Source of the DNA: Paraphysomonas bandaiensis
Lineage: Eukaryota; Protista; Chrysophyceae
Length of the DNA stretch: 64,000 nt
Assembly: GCA_965644295.1 (NCBI GenBank)
Contig: CBFFRP010000234.1
Span: forward strand, 62,001-126,000
Direction of reading: 5' to 3'
Shown piece by piece: positions 48,383 to 60,910 of the stretch. The translations under genes and the position numbers were made by a program. The number at the start of each line of letters is the position of its first letter. Within the stretch, counting starts at the first letter, position 1. Below the pieces are notes generated by a model. The model saw only the letters and a list, made by a program, of their open reading frames with translations. It ran no database searches and was not told the DNA's origin.

Positions 48383-50707
48383 ATGATGACTACGAACTGG
48401 GCAACAACGGATGTGGGCACGCGGTTAGTTGATTTCTCCTCTGAGACAGATGGCTGTGAGGCTGAGAATGTATTGGACCCTAGATTGAACAGTATATGGC
48501 TCTCCGCGGAGGGGTTGCCGCAGTGGTTCTGTTTATCTCTTGGTGCTGTGGAAAACGTTCGCGATATTGTCATCAGGACAATTGGATGGCACTGCTGGCA
48601 TCCGTATTCAACAAACCCTAAAGTTGTGACACTGCATGTCTCTCCAGATGGTGCGAAATTTAAGCAATGGGATACATTTCGCATATCGGCACCAAAGAAA
48701 GGAACACAATTATTTTGTTGTGCCCCAATTAGTTCAACTCTATATCCTTTTCTTGCTTTCGAAGTGACCGAGGTCTTTGGAGGAAATCAGACTTATATGA
48801 ATAGACTTTTTCTGTATTCTGATGAGGTTGCTTCATCACCGCAAGTCTCTGATAACAGCATTAGATCTACAGAGGTATCTCTTGATGTTGCATCGAGTGA
48901 ATTGTCGGGTGCCAACCCAGATTCTATAGCGACGGCTTCTCTCTTGCATAAGCTGGAGCATGCTTTGGGGTTAGACGTTTCTGTGGAGCAAGAAATAAAC
49001 GATATTAAGATATCTCAGAATCTCCCTGAGCAGAATCGCTCATCATCGGCAGGAATTCAATTGGACCACGCAGAAGAGATTATGCAGGACATGCACAATG
49101 GCAATGTCACACATGATATAATAGAAGTGAGTCGTCAGAATACCAGTACTACAGAATCTGTCGACACTCTTGTGGCACTGGAAGAGTCTCACCGGTATCA
49201 CAGCCGTGGTGGCCATGTACGTTTAGAACACGATAGTGGGAAATCGGCAGAAGAGAGGGAGAGGAACATCTCTACAGAACCGCACATGATAAATAAGGCC
49301 ATAGATAATAGTCATCCACAATCTTCAGTTTCCCGCGATCGAGATATTTCGCTGCCAACGTCCCGTCGTGAACTCATAAATGAAAGAGTAGATGCTTCTC
49401 AGGAGAGCAAAACTTACGAACCATCTCGACAGGTTCCCAATTCTATCCCACGAAAACCAGCGGCTTCGGTCCCTTCACAGTTACCGACGGAAATCAAGTC
49501 AACATCTTCCCGTGGCAACACACCTAGCACGACACCGGTCACCCCTAGACCTGCTGCTTCGAGGAATATGCATAGTAGCATTAAGGAAACCAGTAAACAT
49601 TCTGGAGAGGAAGTAGGTGACCGAGTACGTGACTTAGAGGCAAAAATGAATGCTCTTCTGAATGCCTTTCAAACGTTTCAGCGCATGCCACCGCCACCTA
49701 CCCCTGCCGCACCGATCTCATTTTCAGTGCAAGCACCTAGGGATGAAGTGGAGCTTGATGACGGGGAAGGAAGCGATAGTGATAGTATTCCTGTGACACA
49801 GACTATTGGATCAAATTACAGACCGTTGGTCAACCGGACACAAGTTTCCCCATCGAAAATGCGCAAAGATATTCCTACACACACCCCTGGTCGCGATTAC
49901 GCATCTGAATCTCTCCCACCCAGTAGACGAGACAAACAGGAATGTAGTCGTGATGGACAGCAGTACAGTCGGAGCAGTAGGCGAAACAGTGCTGATAGGG
50001 AATTGAAGGTTGCTGCAGACAGGGAAGGGGGTAAAGGAAAATGTGTTTGTCGCACAAAGCATTGCTGCTGTTGTCACCGTTTCGGCGATAGTGAGGATGA
50101 GAGCGAAGAACTGTCTGTGGATGCGATACGGACGGTCCAAGGGCTGGAACGGACTCTCAGGCTTCTTATGAAAAGTTCTAGCATATCCAACAAGCAGCAA
50201 AGTAACGCAACCCAGGAATCAGATTTTGATGATGATAGAACAAGAAGTCCTTGTTCCAGATGTATCAAAAACAGTCCAAATCATCCCTGTGGCTCCAGGA
50301 TAGGTGACTGTCGAGAAGTAGTTGGGTATTGCACTTGCAGCAGAAACTTTGATACGAGCAGATGGGAGATGAATAAATGCCCAACTTCAGCATGCAGTTC
50401 GGGAAAGGGGCCGGGTGGTGTCTTCCGCCCAGGGAAAGCATTTTGTCCTACTATCGCTACTTTTGACCCGTGTAGAAATAGTAAAGGCGTGTCAGTACCC
50501 GCGCCGAAGTTGGCGGAGTCTATACAATTGCGCAGCCCCTCTAACGGAGTTGGGAAAGCCGCTTCTCGGTATGATCACCGCGCTGATGATGATGACCTGT
50601 GTACTATCGTCGAGAAACTTCATGAAAAAGTTCTTGAGAAAACCATGAAGGAAGCTGAACTTAAATTGATCAGAAAGTTCAAACAGCGCCAGGCAAATGC
50701 CATTTGA
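48383..50707 (+). CDS. Uncharacterised protein: N-terminal discoidin/galactose-binding-like domain, disordered middle, Cys-rich patch, C-terminal helix
   Basis: Intronless 774-aa ORF. FSSE...AENVLD...WLSAEGLPQW...HVSPDG..F..W resembles F5/8C/IFT25-like jelly-roll domains. Confidence 0.7.
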   Translation: MMTTNWATTDVGTRLVDFSSETDGCEAENVLDPRLNSIWLSAEGLPQWFCLSLGAVENVRDIVIRTIGWHCWHPYSTNPKVVTLHVSPDGAKFKQWDTFRISAPKKGTQLFCCAPISSTLYPFLAFEVTEVFGGNQTYMNRLFLYSDEVASSPQVSDNSIRSTEVSLDVASSELSGANPDSIATASLLHKLEHALGLDVSVEQEINDIKISQNLPEQNRSSSAGIQLDHAEEIMQDMHNGNVTHDIIEVSRQNTSTTESVDTLVALEESHRYHSRGGHVRLEHDSGKSAEERERNISTEPHMINKAIDNSHPQSSVSRDRDISLPTSRRELINERVDASQESKTYEPSRQVPNSIPRKPAASVPSQLPTEIKSTSSRGNTPSTTPVTPRPAASRNMHSSIKETSKHSGEEVGDRVRDLEAKMNALLNAFQTFQRMPPPPTPAAPISFSVQAPRDEVELDDGEGSDSDSIPVTQTIGSNYRPLVNRTQVSPSKMRKDIPTHTPGRDYASESLPPSRRDKQECSRDGQQYSRSSRRNSADRELKVAADREGGKGKCVCRTKHCCCCHRFGDSEDESEELSVDAIRTVQGLERTLRLLMKSSSISNKQQSNATQESDFDDDRTRSPCSRCIKNSPNHPCGSRIGDCREVVGYCTCSRNFDTSRWEMNKCPTSACSSGKGPGGVFRPGKAFCPTIATFDPCRNSKGVSVPAPKLAESIQLRSPSNGVGKAASRYDHRADDDDLCTIVEKLHEKVLEKTMKEAELKLIRKFKQRQANAI

Positions 50708-50949
50708 TATTGGATTGAATTAGTCTTGTCAATAATTATGGTATGAGTTTTGTACTGACAACAGCTTTACATGTATGCTTTAACGTTTAATAATAATGCT
50801 TTTGTGTCGTCATTACTATTTGCAATACGCTATGTTTGTCGGTTATTTTACTCTGTAGTATTACGTAGGAGAGCGAGTTGATGTTGACATTCCTTCTCTA
50901 ACCCCATTGACGCGTATAAAATTATTTTCAAGTCCTCCAGTAAGTACAC

Positions 50950-51042
50950 CAGGGCCTGGTAACCACGGAACCACTAATGGTAGTCCAGTTCCCGGCAACT
51001 ATAAATTATAATGGCATTACCATTAACGGTTACCAGGCCCTG
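50950..51042. mobile_element. hAT-type MITE (93 bp), same family as 28468
   Basis: TIRs cagggcctggtaacc / ggttaccaggccctg; 8-bp TSD aagtacac/aattacac; internal taatggtagtccagttcccgg is shared with 28468. Confidence 0.88.
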
Positions 51043-51648
51043 AATTACACCAGCTTGACATGCTCCTTTTCGCTTGAAAGTAGACATAACACGTCAGAAC
51101 CACACCGAATAATCAGTATAAATGTGGAGCCCTATCTGGTGCTTTGTTCGTTAGATTACTGCGCATAAAGGATGATTCTTACGGATATTACTTGCTTTAT
51201 TTAGAGCTCACAATTAGAGACACATATCTGTTAACTTACCCACCAAGATTGAATACAGCCAGATTTCATTAGTGGCTTGCACATCCAATGAGCGGTAATA
51301 TTGCTCATTGTATATTGTAATGATGTATTTAGAATTATAATGATGTTATTCAGGACAAAAACACTATTTTGATTAAGGCTGCGTAACAATTAATTGCAAG
51401 TGTTTTTTAGCAATTAAATTGCAACTATTAGTTATAGATCGTGCAGTTATAATTGCAATTATTGATCACTCAAACTTATATTAAATATAAAATATATGTG
51501 CAGCTGTTTATGATAGCATTACAATTGCGACTGCATCTGAAACTTGAAAGTACGAACACTCTAGACTTAAGACATAGGCTCAATTATTTTCATTTATACC
51601 ATCGATACCATAATACTTCGAATCATAACTCCTGATAGATCTATACAT

Positions 51649-53172
51649 CTACACACGTTTGAGTACGAGGACTTTCCCTTCCACGATATCATTCTCAAGC
51701 AACGCAATCTTCGCCAGGATGGCCTTCAATCTAAGTAAAACGCAAGATTAAAAGAGCTCCAAATGCAAGCATTATTCCTATACCTTTCTCGGCCGTTGTC
51801 TGTATTCTTTATATGTACCTTTAGTTTCTGAAAATTGAGATGTGTTAGAGCTGTACAGGAAAATGGATGGATATATACCTTCCCGAGGTTGCTCGTGGTC
51901 ACTCTACCGCCCATGCTCGTTATTGTGTCTCTGACTAAGTCCTCTGTCAATGCCATACCCCGACCCTTTTTGGGTTCGCTAGATCTTGAAGAAGAGGAAC
52001 TATCCCCTTCTGTCCTCTGTCCAGATGAAACGGCAGCTTGCGTTGGAGCGGATGGCGGGGGCATTGAAGAAGGATTCGAGGAGCTGGGGTCCAACCTTCC
52101 CTTTTTTGACTTGCCCTGAACCTCCTCCCCATTAACTTCTCTTCTCCGCTTATCTCCCCCTTTCTCTTTTCGCAGGCGGTACTCACGTAACTCCACCATA
52201 TCCTGGATCTGAGCCTCGTCCTTCTTACCTCCCTCCTCATTGTCACTGCCATTCTCACTGTCGTCATCCTCGTCCTCACTGCTGTCCTCGTCTTCATCAT
52301 CCATGTATCCAACATTGTTCATAACGTCCTTTTCCTCTCGATATTCGTCCATTGCCTGTTGGCCGGTAACGTCATCTTCATCGTCAGAGAAGGTACGATC
52401 ATATTCTAATCCGACCCCGTTATATTCTACAAACTGCGACTCCTCATCAATATCAAGCCCCCCGTCGTTCATGTGACCCTTGAAACCACCCCCACCTCGG
52501 CCAGTCTTTGCTGCTCCCGCTCCAAATAGATCTGGAGCATGAAACTCATCATCATTGCTCTTCATTCCTCTCTCCACAGCAACGGCAGACATCTGCGCGA
52601 GTCGATTGGTTATGCGCTTGTAACGCTCATTTGAATCCTTTTTAAGCTTTTGCATTTTTTGAGTTTCTAACTCTACATCTTCCAGAGACATTACCGGTCT
52701 TGCATATCCGGGTTTTTTGAACCGGTACCAGTCGCCAATAGAAATCACATTCACTGGACACATATATTATCATCACGAGAATACACGAGTGTGCCCTACC
52801 TGTCACGTTGGACATATCGTTCGGGTTTTTAACCATTTTAAGTACAGCATATTTGGCAGATGGCCCATTGTCCAGTGTGGTGTCGACTACTTCTCCATGC
52901 ATATTCACTCTGTCACTCTCTGTTTTACTCTTAGAGGACTCCTCCAGCACTAACAGCGACTTATTCTTAACCACAGACCGCCTCTTCTTCTTTCTCGGTA
53001 ATCCAGACTTGTCATCCCCCCCATTATCATCCACGTCATCTTCCTTTATCTCCTCATTCTTATTGTACATGTAGAAGACCCCGCCGTCTAGTGATAAGGG
53101 CTCAGAGAACCGTCCAAGAAATGCTGTCGTGTTGTCCGCGCCTGCCTTCTTCAGTGTGAAAGACTGAGCCAT
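51649..53172 (-). CDS. GTF2F1: Transcription factor TFIIF large subunit (RAP74-like)
   Basis: YAVLKM...|VNVISIGDWYRFKK...SLEDVE, an acidic middle region, and a C-terminal winged helix LTEDLVRDTI...GGRVTT. Three introns. Confidence 0.7.
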
Positions 53173-53632
53173 TTGAATGGAAGAAGAAATAGAGAAGGGT
53201 GTTGTGGTGGTGTGTAGTATATATTAAATATATATATACTGAGGCAGGTGTATATACGTAGGTCTGTTCACAGCACTTGTCCAGGCAGGATATGCATATA
53301 TGTGCATAGGTATGTATGGTATGGTATGTATACTGGTATAGGCATACTCTGAAGAAGAAGAAGAGAAGAGCAATGCACTTCCGGACTTTCATCTATAAAA
53401 CTACTACTGTATTTGAGGGTATACAGTTCAGTATGCATCAGTGCAGTGGACTCTACCTATGCTGGTATACTGCTGTACTACAATACACTACACGATCAAG
53501 TCGCCCTCTGGTCTGGTCTGCTGCGGAGAGTGCACTGAGCATATGTATTAACCATTGCAACCAGTAAAGCACCACACCATCCACTTCACCCGTTCCAATT
53601 AACTCTATATCCTTCAATAGAGTTTGTGGACA

Positions 53633-54256
53633 ATGATAAAGTTCGTGCTGATGGTGAATAAACAGGGCCAAACTAGGCTGGCGTCTTATTTTGAGTGGTT
53701 TCCTGTGCAAGAGAGAGTCGCTCTAGAGGCAGAAATCATTAGAAGATGTCTGTCCAGAACAGAGTATCAGGCATTATTTCATCCTTATTAGTTTAATTGT
53801 AGTGATATTTTGTCTTGAAGTGCTCGTTTATAGAATACCGTGGGTTTAAAGTGGTGTATCGGAGATACGCATCTCTCTTTTTCGTTGTTGCAGTTGATGG
53901 TGATGATGAGGTACTTAACGATGTGTTTTTTATTGCATTTATTGCTACTTCTCATTTATTTATACAGAATGAGCTGGCAATGCTGGAATTTATTCACTCA
54001 CTTGTGGAAACAATGGACAAATATTTCGAAAGTGTCTGTGAGTTGGATGTGAGTTATGCGTTACATGTGTACTTTCAACTGTTTCATTTATATTTTACTA
54101 CAGATAATGTTTCATATCGAGAAAGCATATTACATTGTTGACGAAATGGTGGCGAATGGGTATGTTGTCGAGAACAACAAGGCGAATATTTTAAAGCCCC
54201 TGCAATTAATGGACAAAGTTGCGAGCGAGGAGTCTATTTTCTCAAGGAGAGGGTAG
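53633..54256 (+). CDS. AP4S1: AP-4 complex subunit sigma
   Basis: [17 protein letters not shown]...RCLSR..Q|CSFIEYR...YRRYASLFF...ENEL...YFESVCELD|IMFH. Three introns; the first is GC-AG. Confidence 0.95.
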
Positions 54257-55164
54257 TGTAGTTATATTCTGATGGTTCATGTGTTAAACTTAGTACAAAG
54301 TCTAGCAGGTTACACTATGTTCTTCGTATTGTGGGTCATTAATTTATAAAAATAATTTGTTGCTTATGAAGTCATAAACACTCTCTTCCAACCTCATGTT
54401 GCATACCGAAGGTCATTCTACTTGAATAATACATTCTGCATCCTATTTTGTAATTTATTATTTTGCTTAACTCTAGTATTTGGTTAGCAGTACTACTCAT
54501 TTTGTATACAGCAGCGTCAAGAGTATTTTTCTTATACTTATCCCCCAAGCACCAGAAGTCATAGCCAAGGAAGGGAAATATATTTCATGCAGCTGAACCT
54601 GAAACTGTCGCGATTTCTATTGTACTCCAGTATTGTTGTGCTACAATTGACAATTGAATATTTCAATAACATTGCAATCTACAACCTACCTCCCCACGAT
54701 ACCATCGAAATAAGATATTACGAATTAATATTAAAAAATTATGGCATTCACATGCTAAGAGCACATTCTTCTTAGTAAATATTATGTAGTGATTGCATTT
54801 TGATATAGTTTATAGTCAGCATAGGTGAATGTGGCATTGCTTGGAGTAGATTATACAACGCCTAGTGGCATTCAAGTGAGTTGCGTATTGATCACTGATA
54901 CTCGTTTATCACAATATCGAAGGAAAAGAAAATACTGATTCCTTATGGCATATATTATATATTAATTTCTTGTTACAATTTACTGCAAAGAATATTAATT
55001 CACTTGAACACAAAATTACTTATTGCTGAATGCAAACTGAAGCAAAACACTGAAATCTATACCGAAAGTAAATATATCGAACACGTAGTCTGCAAAGTAC
55101 ACCTTCTAGACTAGGGACATACATTGAACTATGTACAGCGCACCTATTCAAGTGCATAATTCTA

Positions 55165-57505
55165 TTAACCATCTTCTGATGCTTTCACTTCTGCACCATT
55201 TGACTGAGAGCCTCGGACCGCCTTCGGCAACCATTTAAACCTACATCATATACCACGGGTCATTGCGACACTATAACACTAGAAATGTGTGTAACCTAGA
55301 AGTGTTTCCACTTTCAGTTTTTGGCTTGTTAGTTTGAGGCAGAGAATCAAAGTCGTCATCACCATCATCACCGTATCGAATTTTATCAATCCATCGCCAC
55401 ATCCTATCATAGAGATCTGAAAAATATTCCGAAAAACTAAACCGTTCCCCATTCTCCCTCTTTCCAAAGAAAAATTCCCCAATTCCTCCTAATACATTGC
55501 TCACTGCATTCAAAATGCCTGCATCCTTCTTCGTGGCGCGATAACGCTGCTCGTCCAGATACTTCAGAGGAGAAGCTGCACTCTTGTACTTAGGAGTGTA
55601 CCCCATTATCATCTGTGCAGTCACCATGCATCCTGCTTCAGTGGCAAGCTCCGCTGCTTTCTTGCCATCCTGGTCAATAATGACGTATGTTAACCGCAAG
55701 CATATGATGAAGACTTACATTATCACGGCCATCCCGTTTCGCCCCTAGCCGAAGTAGAAATTGTGCAGTTCGCGTCTGACCAAATTCAGCGCTGCCAATG
55801 ATTACGCAAATGACACATGGGTTGCATAGTGCATAAACTATACCTGTAGTGAAGTGCTGCTCTTCCTCTTAACTAAAATACGCAGTATGTATGAGTCCAC
55901 GACTATGGGTTGGAAAGACAAAAGCTTACATCCTTGTAATTAACTTCTCCCTTCACTGCATTCTTTACAAGGGCAGCAATAGCCCTTGCATGCCCAAACT
56001 TTGCCGCCATCATAATAGGGGTACAGCCAGTCTTCGGAGAGCGTCTATTAGGATCAGCACCCTTAGATAACAACCACAGGACAAGGTCTTCATTCCCAGC
56101 TGCGGCTGCAATATGGAGAGGCATGACTTTGTCCTCTCCGAAAGGCACTACACAGTCTAGGTTGGCGCCGTGCTTTGCGAGGGCATCCAGAATCTTCATA
56201 CACCCCTTCCTCTCTTTAGTGTTCTGTACAATGAACATTATCATGCGATATTGCCGTTAAAAAAAGTATGCCTTACCTTGTCTTCGCCAGGAAGGCTCTG
56301 GGAATCAGACAGAATCACCTACTCAGGGGAGGACAGTATATTTTGGGGAAAAAGGTCACAAACGGAAAGTCAACATCGAATGAATAATTCACCTTATTCA
56401 TTAGCATTACAAGAACAGGGCCTTCGTCCTCGGTCATTGTATTAGGATCTGCACCAAATGCTAGCAAAGGTACAGCTTTGACAGCATTGGCCTTCGCGCA
56501 GGCGTCAAGAAAATCCATCCCACTACCATCAAATATACTTTTGGCCCGTGCATTCTCGCGCCGTACCTTCGCAGCAAATTTAATAAACTTTTCACTTATT
56601 TTATCTACACCCTCATCGCCGCCAAGTCGGCTCTTGTATTTACGAATCATTCGATGCAATCTAGCAGCTTTCTTCCCTATTCCCGCTCCAGTAACAAGTT
56701 TAGAGCCTTGGCTTATATCCTCAAACTCTCGGATGGCCTCCTCTATCACAATCTCCATTTCTTTGGCGTTATATTCTGCAAGAGCTTCAGTCCCCTCATC
56801 AGTGAACTGATTCCGTACCACTGGACGGCCCCAGACAGACTGAGGCTTGCGACGGGGTTTGCCCCAATCCTGGGACACAGAAAGGACGGACAGTTTCTCT
56901 TGCCTTACCTTCTCACGCTTCTCTCTGTCTTCCTGAATATAGTCTTCAATCGTTAATAGGGAGTTCACACTGTCTATGTCACTTGCATCTATGTGAGAGC
57001 CGTCCCCTTCTTCCTCGTAGATATGATGAACATACATTTGATCTGCCACACTCTTGTTCCACCAGGGGTCATCGAAGTCAGAATCGCGGTTAACACGTAA
57101 AGAGTGCTCATACTCATGTGCTGTCACATTTACATGAGAAAATTCACCGTGTGCCCCCATCTTCTTGGGCACATAATCCTCAGCCATCTCTGATTTTTTC
57201 ACTTGAAGTTTGCTGTAAACTAGCTCAGGATTATCTTCGCAACGGACTGACCATCCTCCCGCTACCGCAGCGTCAACATCTCCCCTAGCTTTTCGTGGTG
57301 TAGAGGTATGAGGATGCTCCCTATGCCACTTTATGTATGACTCTAATCCATCCAAAACATCATCCTCCACCTTCTGATAGAGAAACATGTCCACATAGTC
57401 GCTCTCTCTCTTCGGTTCATTGATGGGCCCTTTGATTTTAGTCTCTTCGTTCTCATCCTCTACATCAATGAGCTCATCAGGAATGAACTCAACTTTCCGA
57501 GCCAT
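55165..57505 (-). CDS. Ankyrin repeat protein
   Basis: GADPN, PLHIAAAAGN..LV.WLL.KGADPN, TPIMMAAKFGH and ALHY|S repeats across about 7 exons. Confidence 0.85.
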
Positions 57506-58044
57506 AATAAATGAGGACTTCTTCTACTAACAGCTACTCGACCCGTACAGGTACCACACATCCATCCTGATATGTATCTAACTACCACAGCACATGATGT
57601 TATAGGTGGTTACCCTCTACACTCATTAAGGTATTCTCTGTTGTCGGACTAAGCCATTCAACAGGTGAAGTTACATACACACATAGCAACGAATAGAACT
57701 AGTCGGCAGCAGTTGTGATATGTACACTATAGCTATATATGTGTGTGTCTGTATACTGTGTGTGTATACCGTATACCAGAATAGTGTAACTTCTTCCTTC
57801 AGGTTCCCGTATGGACTGCTGTAGTGGTATCTGTATACATGGTATTCATCTCTGCTGCATTCTAGACTTGCTTGGACACTGCACTCCTCTAACACCAGGA
57901 CTGTAGTACAGCAGTGTAGTCCTGTCTGTCGACTTGAGCAGATTGGAGAGCAGATTCGTGAGGGGTCTCGAGGTACAGTACAGCACACAGTACCCTTCAC
58001 AGTCCTTCCAATATATTACATCGTACGAACTGAATCTATCCACT

Positions 58045-58618
58045 ATGTTTTCTGCATCTACTCAACTTCGCAGTGCTGCAAAGAGAGCATTCAATGGTAA
58101 GGATCAAGCTACTGTGATATGTGCTCATTGACTGACTTATTGTTCTCTAATGAAGTGAGCCAAAAGCGTTCGTGCTCATTTGTTAATGGTATGTGAGCTA
58201 TGAAGTATTTTATTATAGTGACCTCTGCCTGTAGCTGACAGCGGGCGGGCCGGTACGAAATGGTTCCACACGACGAACTTGTTATTAGTGGGAATGTTTC
58301 CTGTTGCTGTAGTGTCGAGTCCTTCCACTATGAGCTATGTGTTAGACCTACTTATGGGTGTTCTGATTCCGATTCATGCTCATGTTGGAGTTAACATTGT
58401 GATTAGTGACTACGTTCCAAAGGCAGCTAGAAGTGTGTTCATGTCCGCATATTGATGTTGTGGTTGACATTTTTGCAGGTGTCTGTAGGTATGGTATGGT
58501 GGGTGCTACTGTGATCACAATTGCCGGATTAACCAAGTTAAATGTTTTTGGGCCTGGAATGACGGAGACAATCAAGTACCTATGGAGGACCCCGAAGAAG
58601 CAGAAGACTAAAGCTTAG
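58045..58618 (+). CDS. SDHD: Succinate dehydrogenase membrane anchor subunit (CybS)
   Basis: Mitochondrial presequence MFSASTQLRSAAKRAF; DLLMG...HAHVGVNIVISDYVP...GPG.TETIKYLW; three introns. Confidence 0.9.
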
Positions 58619-59128
58619 GGGAGCGTGCTTTGATTATAGCACTCATGGTACCATATGCCATGATCACTGACATTGAAATTTTTGTGGTTTATTAATAACC
58701 AGTATCCTGCTGTATTTCATCATTGTTGATTAAGCTATCTGAGAAGTATCGAAGTTGTCGAACTTATGGAACAGTAGGACTAGCATCTCATAATAAACTA
58801 CAAGCCCTAATTTTGTGTGCCTTAAAAAATGTTTTGTTAAATGCGCCTTGAATTCTAGAAAATACGATTATTAGGGAATTACTTAGTAATAAATCCAGGC
58901 AAGTAAAGTTGTAAATTTTCAAAAATGATATGAATGAGAAAAGCGCTAACTCGGATTATGAAATCATTGGTCAAGTCACAAAACATTATAGCACGTAATT
59001 TTCATAAATAATAGAAGTACAAAATTGACAATGTGTCAGCTGCCAAATAACAACTAACGAAAAATGTTGTCATCACACATGGAGATGTTATTCCACACCC
59101 GTTTACAAATTCTTCTTAACACAGAATA

Positions 59129-60367
59129 TCAAATTTTACTGCAAAACATTGACCCCACCACCCCAGTATTTGGTGATACTTTTCCGTCTACCAGTAGCCT
59201 CCACTGATCTTTCACCCCCTCCGGGCCGTACACATGTTGCACCTTCATCCACTCTCTCGACCCCGCTACAAATACTCCAAGAGCCTCTTTCGACCTAGAA
59301 ATAAATTCTTTAAGTCCCCAACGCTCAACACAACTCGAGAACTCCGCAGGGGCGAAAAAGAGTGTTGGTGGCGGTCCTCGTACCACAGAGGCTTCAGTGG
59401 GATTGTCATGATGGCTCTTACCAATTGACATCGAATATTTAAGGTTTTCTCCAAGGACTTCGTGTAATTTGGAAACTATATCCCAGTTTCCTGACATGTC
59501 AATGATAACAGCGCCCACATTGCCACAGAGAGAGTGAACGTTATCATAAGGAATTACACGGTCAAAATAACCTGTGGATTTGACAAAATCTACATTATTG
59601 AGAGAAGTTATTCCAATTGTCTTAATTGGAAGAGAGCCAGGGCGTCGTTGAACAGATATTCGCTGGGCTATGCCGAGGGCTGTTTTACTTGATGCAGAGA
59701 TGATGTATACCTCTTCCGCACCAAGATACTCCCCATTCTTGTGGTGTCTGAAAAACTCATCTGCTAGAAAAGATGTCAAAAACAGACCTCTCAGAAGAGC
59801 TTGTCGATCTTCGCCATCTTCTGTGTCGTCCACGTTGAAGGGGTCCACATCGGTTCTGGAAAAGTCTACGTAAACTTGTGCATGCTTCGCTCGGTGCTCA
59901 CCAACGTCGAGGAATCCACCATCGGGCTTCGCTTTGCCTGTTATTGTCACATATTTGCTCATAGGATACCATCCAAAGTATTTCTCGCCAACTGTGACAT
60001 TGGGTACCAAGGACTCGATGACAGTGGCCCACCCCATCGCCGGTACACGTCCCCACTCTAGACTGCTTTCACTGGGGAAAAAGTCCCAATACCCTAGCTT
60101 ATCGCCCGCCCATGCATACGTGACAGTGTTAGCGGTCAAAGAGAACTTATCAACCTGAAGTCTAACTTCTCCTGTTTGTACTGGATTCAAAGTACTCTCC
60201 CTCACTATTCTCGTTTCTTTGATATCTCTTTTGTTTACCTATTGCTATAGTCATCTATCGATACATATAAACTGATGCTAGTAAATTACCTCTAAAGTTA
60301 CATTCGATACAGTTCGAAGCACTCCTGTGGGGCGTGTAAAGCACGTCATCCGGGAGCACCACATCAT
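59129..60367 (-). CDS. DUF2855 family protein (MDR-like fold)
   Basis: FSLTANTVTYA, YWDFFP, GRVPAMGWA, GLFLTSF, SASSKTA and LFFAP. A short first exon MMWCSRMT...TLE is followed by one intron. Confidence 0.85.
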
Positions 60368-60910
60368 CTTTAATTATGTGGCTCGTATCGTATTGGCTAA
60401 TCACAAGCAAGCAACAGACAATTACATGCACTACGACGATATATTTTTATTTAAAGATGGATGTTCTCTGATACAGTATGGTACTTGTATCTTAGCTCTG
60501 TCGATAGATATACACAGCAGTGTGTAGAATAACTTCTTGCTGCAGAAACTCCCGCAACTGAACTGCTGGAACACCACATTACTGCAACATACAAATACAA
60601 CAGCAGCGAATGTATTTCACAGATACAGTGTGACAAATATTCCGCTGTATTCTTTGTTATACAGCGTATACTAACCCACACTGCTCTGCTCTCCCCCCGT
60701 TAATATCCGGTATTCAGATATCGTATGGTGTGTATGTTAGGTATGCGAATAAGTGAAGGATGCTGTACGTACCGCGTGTAATAAAGATTCACACCCGCTC
60801 GCTATGTAGTGTAGTTTTCTATATGTTACACACGGGTCTGGTCGAGTCGACACAGTAGAATATATATACCATCATCGTCCACTGCATCTTGCAATATTAA
60901 CATTCACAAC

